From a virus (Duplodnaviria > Caudoviricetes), in the IMG/VR virus record IMGVR_UViG_3300034110_000260, positions 1-42,030 of that record: DNA of 42,030 nt. One strand, given 5' to 3'. Of the stretch, positions 1 to 6,432 are shown one piece after another. Positions within the stretch are counted from its first letter, which is position 1. Each line of letters opens with the position of its first letter. The position numbers and the translations under genes are program-made. Under the pieces are notes generated by a model, which searched no databases, was not told the DNA's origin, and was given only the letters and a program-made list of their open reading frames with translations.

Positions 1-349
1 CAAAAATATCGTATAAACCAGCCCGAAGCATATAGCATTTGTGCAAATCTGACTTGCTTGGTTTATTGTTTTCGATATTCGTTGCATCTCGCCAACGTAA
101 AAAGACGTTATAAATGTGATAAGGCAATTCAGGCATGGCTTGTGCAATTCGGTTTGTTGGAATGCCGACAAGCGCAGCGACAAAAGCAGAGTTGGCATTC
201 TTGACCGTTACTAAATCGCCGTCAACAACATCATCCCAAACTTGCGCGACTCCAAACAGCATTGCAGAAAGCTCGATTGCATCTTGATTGCCTTGGTAGA
301 TTTTACCTAGCGCAATCCTAAGCGCCTGCTCTTGCTCTGGCTTAATCAT
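1..349 (-). CDS. Partial (runs off window) phage protein with isoprenoid-synthase-like DDxxD motif
   Basis: Not in ORF track; hand translation from ATG at 349 (ATGA overlap with gp26 stop): MIKPEQEQALRIALGKIYQGNQDAIELSAMLFGVAQVWDDVVDGD...YMLRAGLYDIF, open to base 1. Confidence 0.75.
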   Translation of the reverse strand, partial: MIKPEQEQALRIALGKIYQGNQDAIELSAMLFGVAQVWDDVVDGDLVTVKNANSAFVAALVGIPTNRIAQAMPELPYHIYNVFLRWRDATNIENNKPSKSDLHKCYMLRAGLYDIF

Positions 350-897
350 AGCGCCCTCTGTTTGGCTGTGCGCTCAGAACCTAAAGCGTCGTTACCTGCC
401 TCGATACTGGCGTTTAAATCAGTTGCTAGCTGGTTTACTGCTGCTTTCAACTCATTAATTAGGTCAGTTTGTTGTTGCGCGTATGCTTGCGAATAAGTCG
501 CACCTGCTGCGCCAACATCAGCCGTCAAAATATTGACAGTCGAGTCAGGAACATCCGTTACAGCATCAGCCAATAAAACAACACCGCCCGTAGTTGCAGA
601 GCAATAGTTTTCACTGCCAACATTAAAGCCCGTAACGCCATGTGCTGAGTTGGAATTGATATGGTCGAGCAATGCCTGCTCTGCTAAATCTAAATCAATA
701 ACAACACCCTCAAGCGTTACCTGCAAGTCGTAGGTTGCTGAGCCAATAGACAGCACTCGATTGGTTAGCTCGCCGCCATATTCAGACTTTGATAGGTAAT
801 CCAACACTAAAGCCGCCGACCATTCACGCGGCAACAGTTCGCGCCGGATCTGCTCTTGATTACTTGATAGCGGAGCCTTAAGCGATGAATCAGCCAT
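346..897 (-). CDS. P22 gp26-like tail needle / head plug
   Basis: N-terminus MADSSLKAPL..LLPREW..ATYDLQV resembles P22 gp26 (MADPSLNNPV..ILPRNV..GAYDAQV); directly follows gp10 homolog. Confidence 0.75.
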   Translation of the reverse strand: MADSSLKAPLSSNQEQIRRELLPREWSAALVLDYLSKSEYGGELTNRVLSIGSATYDLQVTLEGVVIDLDLAEQALLDHINSNSAHGVTGFNVGSENYCSATTGGVVLLADAVTDVPDSTVNILTADVGAAGATYSQAYAQQQTDLINELKAAVNQLATDLNASIEAGNDALGSERTAKQRAL

Positions 898-2299
898 TCT
901 CAGCCCTCACTGTTAAGCCTGAAATGTTAACCGATGCGTGCGTAGTCATTCGGAGCTTAAAGCCGACCTTATCTCTAACTCCGCCAACGCGAGGCATCAC
1001 AGGCACTTTGTTGTAGCCTGCCGGAGTTGAGATTGGCAGCGTATGCTCGCCGCTGTACGTGTAGCCGTTTTCAGTTGCTGAAATGCTCAATACAACGGTT
1101 GAGTCACTAAAGCCCGAGACTGTATCAAGCGACAGGTCAAAGAGAAAAGCCTTGCCCGTCTTAACGATTGGCGTCTGTAAATACGCCTCTTGCATCCGAC
1201 CATATTGCGCAATCTCCGAAATATATCGACCAATAACGCCTGTTGCTTTATCTCCGCACTCAGTGTCACCTGTTAGCGGATTATATCTCACATCGATTGG
1301 AGTCCACCGACCGCCAGCCAAGCCTGTTTGCAGCTTGATCCAAGTTTGCGCATTGGCAAGATAAGCAATCGTTTCTGTCGGCAAGTGAACATAAAGAATT
1401 GGCTCGCCTTTCCAAGTTGCCGACTCTAAAACAGTCTTTTGTAATTCTTCGTCGGAATATTGCTGAAGCACCTTATCAACTTCTGGCGTTGATAGCTTCT
1501 GACCGCCGTTTGCAGTTATGACGTTAATACTTGGCGGCATGTTTCGACCAGAGCCAAGCAGGGCAATCATGTCAGCAAAAAGGCATTTAGCCTGCGTAGC
1601 AATACAGCCAAAAGGAACAACCAGTGATTGCTGGCTTACATAAATTTCAGAGCTGTCGCCAGTAAGTCTAAAAAACTCTGTAGAGTTTCGACCAATGACA
1701 ACAACGTAATCATGCCAAGTTGTGATAGCAACGTTGTCGTCAACATCAGACTCAGCAGAGTAAATAGGAGCAATGTAATCTGGGCGCTGCTCGTTTAATA
1801 GGTCTGTGACAATAAAGCCTGGCGGAGCTAACCAGATGTAACGGCCTTTATTTCTAGTAACGTCAATAATGCCGCTCAAGTCATAGCTAGTCGGTCCGCT
1901 TGGATTCTCTCCAACTTGCCAGTTTTTAAACTGCTTCAGCTCTGAACCTGTCCAGTAGTAGCCATTGCCATCAGCGCCTGTGAATGCCGTAGTTAAGCTA
2001 GAGTAAGCCATTGATACGCGAGCGTCTTCTGGCAGCGTTGCGACTTCTACGCCGTTTCTATGCAGCTTGTTGCCAATGACTCGATACATGGCGTTATCAA
2101 CTACATTGAATATTGCGCCATTGCTGCGGTTTAAGCCTGTATCTTGGATTTGCTCGGTGCCAGGATGATTGATGAAGTAACCTTGCGCATTCGGTGCTTG
2201 CGCGTTGATTGGCATCATGTTGATTGGCAGAAAGTCGCGATAGTCCGCCGATTGATCAACTGATTGTCCTTTGATTAATGGCAAGCTGATGATAGGCAT
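890..2299 (-). CDS. P22 gp10-like packaged-DNA stabilisation protein / tail hub
   Basis: 469 aa; MPIISLPLIKG..ADYRDFLPINM..YRVIGNKL..RVSMA..FIVTDLLNEQRPD..AES match P22 gp10 motifs. Confidence 0.92.
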   Translation of the reverse strand: MPIISLPLIKGQSVDQSADYRDFLPINMMPINAQAPNAQGYFINHPGTEQIQDTGLNRSNGAIFNVVDNAMYRVIGNKLHRNGVEVATLPEDARVSMAYSSLTTAFTGADGNGYYWTGSELKQFKNWQVGENPSGPTSYDLSGIIDVTRNKGRYIWLAPPGFIVTDLLNEQRPDYIAPIYSAESDVDDNVAITTWHDYVVVIGRNSTEFFRLTGDSSEIYVSQQSLVVPFGCIATQAKCLFADMIALLGSGRNMPPSINVITANGGQKLSTPEVDKVLQQYSDEELQKTVLESATWKGEPILYVHLPTETIAYLANAQTWIKLQTGLAGGRWTPIDVRYNPLTGDTECGDKATGVIGRYISEIAQYGRMQEAYLQTPIVKTGKAFLFDLSLDTVSGFSDSTVVLSISATENGYTYSGEHTLPISTPAGYNKVPVMPRVGGVRDKVGFKLRMTTHASVNISGLTVRAENG

Positions 2300-2646
2300 T
2301 ATTTGCCACCGAAAGCGAATAAAGCAGCGATAGCTGCCGGACTTAGTAAAGTGGAAACCAGCAGCCAGCTAATCTTGCCGCCGAAGTTTCTGATGCTATC
2401 AATCATTGGCTGATTAGCTGCGGCTTGCTCGCGTAAAGCTCTGACGTCTTTCGTCAGCTCAGTTGATTGGGCTGCAACGTGATCATGCTTGACCATGTAT
2501 CTCTCCAGCGTTGCCACTAATTCTTGAATGGCTTTAGTCGAAGACTTTTGCCCGTCAATCATTTCACGCGTCGAGGTTTGAATCGCGATAATCTCGCGTT
2601 CGTGCTGGTCTACTTTCTGCCGCAGGTTTATCAGTTCGTCGCTCAT
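2299..2646 (-). CDS. Coiled-coil protein with C-terminal TM helix (holin/XhlA-like architecture), copy 1
   Basis: 115 aa, heptad-like N-terminus, hydrophobic ISWLLVSTLLSPAAIAALFAF; ~82% identical to 41561-41911 by manual alignment. Confidence 0.8.
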   Translation of the reverse strand: MSDELINLRQKVDQHEREIIAIQTSTREMIDGQKSSTKAIQELVATLERYMVKHDHVAAQSTELTKDVRALREQAAANQPMIDSIRNFGGKISWLLVSTLLSPAAIAALFAFGGK

Positions 2647-2743
2647 GTTTCATGGCCTTACATAAATTTAGAATCACTATTAAAGCGATTATAGTTTGAA
2701 CTGTTACCAGTACGCAAACGACTATTAATATGTGTTCGTTCAA
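2564..2743 (-). CDS. Putative overlapping single-TM peptide
   Basis: TTG at 2743 with AGGGAG 7 nt upstream; encodes HILIVVCVLVTVQTIIALIVILNLC then a basic tail; frame also open in second copy (41826-42017). Confidence 0.4.
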   Translation of the reverse strand: MNEHILIVVCVLVTVQTIIALIVILNLCKAMKHERRTDKPAAESRPARTRDYRDSNLDA

Positions 2744-2765
2744 CGGCTGCACTCCCTAGCACCGC
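2639..2765. repeat. 127-bp exact direct repeat, copy 1 (circularisation point)
   Basis: tcgctcatgtttcatggcc...ccctagcaccgc identical to 41904-42030. Confidence 0.95.
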
Positions 2766-3158
2766 AAACAGCACGTCTAAAGGTATCGAAAACTCTTGAC
2801 GTATAGCGTGCGCTTTATAAATCATTGATAAATTTGCTAATTGGTCTAACAGCATAGCGCCGTTTAACAACAAGCTAGTCCCAATGATAGCGCCATAAGC
2901 GAAATAAATCCTTGTGAAATTGTGATGGAAAGTTGATAAATATATGATAGAGACAAGCATCAAGCTATCTATACTGCATTGGATGGCATAAGTGCCGTAT
3001 GTTGTTTCTGCATCAGCTTGCACAAGGCTGGTAATATTGTACGGAGTTGCGATCAGGAAGGTTAAGTAATAGGCAATAATTAGAAAGCAGAGGTTTAACC
3101 CTCTGCCACTAAAAAGCCATATTGCCGCAATGACAATTAAAGCTGCTTCGTTACTCAT
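2658..3158 (-). CDS. Multi-pass membrane protein (4-5 TM)
   Basis: 166 aa with several long hydrophobic stretches; ATGA-coupled to upstream peptide ORF. Confidence 0.8.
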   Translation of the reverse strand: MSNEAALIVIAAIWLFSGRGLNLCFLIIAYYLTFLIATPYNITSLVQADAETTYGTYAIQCSIDSLMLVSIIYLSTFHHNFTRIYFAYGAIIGTSLLLNGAMLLDQLANLSMIYKAHAIRQEFSIPLDVLFAVLGSAAVERTHINSRLRTGNSSNYNRFNSDSKFM

Positions 3159-3226
3159 TTTTTAGCTGGCTTCTTGCCGTTTGAGTTAACTGGCTTGTCT
3201 TTCACTGGCGTACCTTGCTTTGGCAT
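3155..3226 (-). CDS. 23-aa Lys/Pro-rich peptide MPKQGTPVKDKPVNSNGKKPAKK
   Basis: Strong SD (TAAGGGG) upstream of ATG; stop overlaps start of the 166-aa gene (ATGA); below ORF-track cut-off. Confidence 0.7.
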   Translation of the reverse strand: MPKQGTPVKDKPVNSNGKKPAKK

Positions 3227-3251
3227 TGCTTACCCCTTAATAAGTTAAGTT

Positions 3252-3297
3252 ATCGCCGCGACTCATCCATGAGAAGCTCCGGCGATTTAGTATAGCA
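3252..3297 (-). promoter_or_regulatory. Extended -10 promoter (TGcTATACT) and leader hairpin with CsrA/RsmA consensus site
   Basis: TGCTATACT at 3297-3289; UCAUGGAUGA at 3272-3263 fits (A/U)CANGGANG(U/A); flanked by ATCGCCG/CGGCGAT stem. Confidence 0.55.
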
Positions 3298-3298
3298 T

Positions 3299-4162
3299 TT
3301 ATTCAGCAGGCATACGCAAGAAGCCTGCGTCGTATATAACACTAAGCCACTGACCGAAGTCAACACAACCAGCTTTTATTGCTTCATCATAAGCAGCATC
3401 AACAACTCGCTTTTTCTCTGCTTCGGCCTTGCGATTGTGGTCTAGTGGACGAAAGTCAACTGACCAGCCTAGACGACCAACATCACAGTATTCAAATTGT
3501 GATGCCTTAAATGCTGCAACATCTTGCACAGAGTTGTTGGCGTGATGAATAACTGTGCAATCAACAAATACCTCATCAATCCAAACCTGACATTTAGTGC
3601 CAACAGGTGGCAAAGAAATAGCCTGTTGCGCTTCGTAATCGTACCAATCACTTACATTTTCAGCATTTGACTTACTTTCTGGAATTTCACTTACAAAGCC
3701 AAAACCACCAGAGCCGCCTCCGATATATTGGCAACTACTTATCGTAATTTCACTTACAGAATCCAAATAGCTTGTGTCTGCTGGTTTGTAGCGTTGGTCG
3801 GTTATTTTGAATTTAAATACATTTGACCAGCTCAATCCACCAACCTGACCACAAGTCCAAAATGCGTAAACATCGTTTCTTACTTGCACACTGGCATCCT
3901 CAGGTAAATCAGGCTTCTTGCCATTAGTCGGATATTCAACGCCGTATCTATATCCATTAATGTAACCTAGTTCGCGGGCGCGTTGTTCAAACTCGTATTT
4001 GTAAACGTTCCAACCTGTGTAATGCTTTTTACCTGAGCCGCAATGACATAAAACACTTACTCCATCATCGTATAGGCCAGCGTATTCATCTTCTGGTCTA
4101 ATCATTGGCCAAAGGCCATTACTTTCATGCACCGCCTTATCAATCAATTCCTGCTTATTCAT
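3299..4162 (-). CDS. Moron-like hypothetical phage protein (287 aa)
   Basis: Likely start MNKQELID at 4162 with GAGG SD; has own promoter; non-structural-looking gene within late region. Confidence 0.75.
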   Translation of the reverse strand: MNKQELIDKAVHESNGLWPMIRPEDEYAGLYDDGVSVLCHCGSGKKHYTGWNVYKYEFEQRARELGYINGYRYGVEYPTNGKKPDLPEDASVQVRNDVYAFWTCGQVGGLSWSNVFKFKITDQRYKPADTSYLDSVSEITISSCQYIGGGSGGFGFVSEIPESKSNAENVSDWYDYEAQQAISLPPVGTKCQVWIDEVFVDCTVIHHANNSVQDVAAFKASQFEYCDVGRLGWSVDFRPLDHNRKAEAEKKRVVDAAYDEAIKAGCVDFGQWLSVIYDAGFLRMPAE

Positions 4163-4193
4163 TTTTCCAACCTCATTAGTTAATCGAATCCTA

Positions 4194-4221
4194 AATGTAC
4201 CATATACGCGCCATCTGTCAA
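4194..4221 (-). promoter_or_regulatory. Sigma70-like promoter TTGACA-16-TACATT with extended TG
   Basis: Direct reading; 21/28 identical to promoter at 15339-15366. Confidence 0.7.
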
Positions 4222-4224
4222 CTA

Positions 4225-4256
4225 GAAAAACAAACCAGCACAAGGCTGGTCTGTTT
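4225..4256 (-). terminator. Rho-independent terminator of candidate sRNA
   Basis: AAACAGACCAGC-cttgt-GCTGGTTTGTTT followed by TT. Confidence 0.6.
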
Positions 4257-4420
4257 GCTGCGATGTCGGCACTTAGCAGCTAAAGCGGAAAGGTAGAAAC
4301 CGTACTATGTGGACGGAAAGAACCTGCCTTCAACAATTTCAACAGAGAAGCTAAGGCGATTGGAGGAAGGCCAATCTAGTCTGTAACTCTGCATCGGCCA
4401 TTGTTGCCAAGCTGAGGAAT
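4225..4420 (-). ncRNA. Candidate structured small RNA (~195 nt)
   Basis: Bounded by TTGCGC-17-TAATCT promoter (4455-4427) and a terminator; no SD-led ORF; hairpin GATTGG-CCTTCCT-CCAATC and other pyrimidine-rich motifs. Confidence 0.5.
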
Positions 4421-4455
4421 AGGTTTAGATTAGCGCAACGCTTTGAATTGCGCAA

Positions 4456-4482
4456 TAAAAAAGGCGACCGAAGCCGCCTCTT
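4456..4482 (-). terminator. Terminator after major capsid gene
   Basis: GAGGCGGC-TTCG-GTCGCCTT-TTTT. Confidence 0.85.
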
Positions 4483-4496
4483 TATTTTGTTGGCTA

Positions 4497-5633
4497 TTAA
4501 CCCAACAGTAACGCTGTGTGTTCTGGCTTAATGTTTTTAACACCCCAAGCAAGCGCAATTTCGTAACGGATTTTGCGGTAGCCTGGGTAGATTGACACTT
4601 CAAAAGCCAAGCCTGAGCGTGGATCTTGAATGGTCATTACATCAATCGCCATATCGCCTTCTTGCGGACGTTGCGGCATACGAGTTGCCAACACGATTGC
4701 AGAGCGGTTGAACGCTAAGTTACGAGCTGAGCTGTTAACTACGGTCATTGCTGCATTGTCAGCTAATGCTTTGCGTAAGCCTGGAGCAGCCAATACCAAA
4801 GTTCCGCCAGATAAAGCAGTTGCAACAACATACTGGTTTGTATCGCCTGCGAATGTAACGATGTCGCCAGCTAATACAGTGCCAGTGCCAGTATCAACAG
4901 CAATCGAAGTCGCACCAACAGCATAACCAGCGCCGTTGTTTACTAAGTAGCTTGCGCCAGTACCTTTGGTGAAGCTAACAACTTGACCAGACTCACGAAC
5001 AGCCATACCTGAAAGCGTTTGGAAGACACCTTGGTTAAGGATGCTTGGTTCAAACACTACAGAAGAGTTTGATTGCTTGCCTAAGAAGATCGCGCCAGCA
5101 GAAGTGTTAACTACTAACTGGTTATCTTGTACAGGTGCGCCGTTGTCTTTCAGGATTTTAAGCGCCTGAGTTGCGTCAGTGAAGTCGCCAGCAGTGCCAA
5201 ATGGAGTTGTACCAGCGGTGCCGTAAGCGCGTGACATAGTGCTATGCAATCCGCACAAGTCTGCTTCGATTTCGTTAACCAAAGTACGCATTGCTTGTGC
5301 AATTTGGTTTACTCGGATGTTGCCATAACCTACACCAGAGTTTAAGCCAACTTGCTCGTTACCTTCCCATGAGAAAGGAACAGCTTTTGCTTTGTTGATA
5401 ACGATTGCAACGTTATCGATAGTTTGATCCGCAGCAGCAGGAACGCCCATTGCCGGAGTGATGCTTGAGCTAGTGTTAGTCGGAACCACTGGCACACGAA
5501 CTGATTGACCTTCAGCAGCACGATCAACGCGAGCATCCATCGTAACAGCCGGAATCATGCCAACTAATTCACGTGATACAACGTCAAGCGCTGCGTACAG
5601 GTCAGGAACCAAATTTGTTAAAGTGTTAGCCAT
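4497..5633 (-). CDS. Major capsid protein, P22 coat protein family
   Basis: 378 aa; MANTLTNLVPDLYAALDVVSRELVG..., C-terminal YEIALAWGVKNIKPE; follows scaffold; terminator downstream. Confidence 0.88.
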   Translation of the reverse strand: MANTLTNLVPDLYAALDVVSRELVGMIPAVTMDARVDRAAEGQSVRVPVVPTNTSSSITPAMGVPAAADQTIDNVAIVINKAKAVPFSWEGNEQVGLNSGVGYGNIRVNQIAQAMRTLVNEIEADLCGLHSTMSRAYGTAGTTPFGTAGDFTDATQALKILKDNGAPVQDNQLVVNTSAGAIFLGKQSNSSVVFEPSILNQGVFQTLSGMAVRESGQVVSFTKGTGASYLVNNGAGYAVGATSIAVDTGTGTVLAGDIVTFAGDTNQYVVATALSGGTLVLAAPGLRKALADNAAMTVVNSSARNLAFNRSAIVLATRMPQRPQEGDMAIDVMTIQDPRSGLAFEVSIYPGYRKIRYEIALAWGVKNIKPEHTALLLG

Positions 5634-5654
5634 TTTAAAGCCCTCAAATGTTTA

Positions 5655-6359
5655 TTAGGTGACTACGCCACCGGATTTAATGAAACTCATTTTCTCAGCC
5701 GGATTCATTGATTCGAATTGGCCGCGTGTGGCTTTAGGTTTGTTGGCACCGCCTTGACCTGTTGAGCCTTGAGCGTTGCCACCGCCTTTGGTGACAACAC
5801 CTGCTTTAAGCAGTGGCGCAAAGCTATCATCTTTCAACAACTCCGCTTTGAACCCTGCCAAATCTAACGATGAGGCACCGCCATCATCATTTAAAAACGT
5901 AACTTTGCCCGTTTCTGGGTCAATGTCGATACGGTCTGCAACTAGGCGCTTAAATGCTTTACTGCCTGAATCTGTTGCTAACTCGCTCGCTAAATCTGCT
6001 ACAAGTGCAGAGCGTTTTTCGGTCTTGATGCTATTGGTCAATCGATCAATGCGCGATTGAAACTCTTTAGCTGTCTCACCATGTCTGCGTTCAAGGTCGG
6101 CAATAATCTCATCCGTCTTGCCTTCTGCCTTGAGTTTCTCAAGTGCCTTACGCTCTGCTTCAGCCAGCTTCTCTGCTTGCTGCTTTTCAAATTCTGATAA
6201 ACGGCTTTTGACCGTCTTGTTTTCTTCTTTGACGTTAAACGCTAACTGCTTAAGCGCTAGGCTGTCTTTGTCTTGATAGCCTTTCTTACCGTCTATTTCT
6301 ACTTCTACAAACTGATCGCGCCAATCTTCTGGCACTTTTTCTAATGATTCAACAAACAT
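5655..6359 (-). CDS. Capsid scaffolding protein
   Basis: Charged coiled-coil, Gly-rich linker, C-terminal FESMNPAEKMSFIKSGG coat-binding-type tail; between portal and coat; ATG at 6359 preferred (GTG 6368 possible). Confidence 0.82.
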   Translation of the reverse strand: MFVESLEKVPEDWRDQFVEVEIDGKKGYQDKDSLALKQLAFNVKEENKTVKSRLSEFEKQQAEKLAEAERKALEKLKAEGKTDEIIADLERRHGETAKEFQSRIDRLTNSIKTEKRSALVADLASELATDSGSKAFKRLVADRIDIDPETGKVTFLNDDGGASSLDLAGFKAELLKDDSFAPLLKAGVVTKGGGNAQGSTGQGGANKPKATRGQFESMNPAEKMSFIKSGGVVT

Positions 6360-6362
6360 TGT

Positions 6363-6394
6363 AGGCACCGCCTCTAGTTATGACGCACCGCGTC
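6363..6394 (-). promoter_or_regulatory. Twin GCGGUGC hairpin operator in scaffold leader
   Basis: GACGC-GGT-GCGTC (6394-6382) and AGGC-GGT-GCCT (6373-6363), 20 nt apart. Confidence 0.65.
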
Positions 6395-6403
6395 GCTGTA
6401 GTG

Positions 6404-6432
6404 ATTTTATACCCGTTAAACTAAACCGTCAA
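6404..6432 (-). promoter_or_regulatory. Sigma70-like promoter TTGACG-17-TAAAAT for scaffold-coat
   Basis: Near-consensus hexamers with 17-bp spacer overlapping portal stop. Confidence 0.65.

Noticed and set aside
2658-3158. 166-aa ORF upstream of gp10 as P22 gp4 (similar length and position)
   Set aside because: Strongly hydrophobic multi-TM sequence with no resemblance to soluble gp4
4352-4402. 16-aa ORF MADAELQTRLAFLQSP (minus strand) inside candidate sRNA
   Set aside because: No SD upstream; not supportable as a gene
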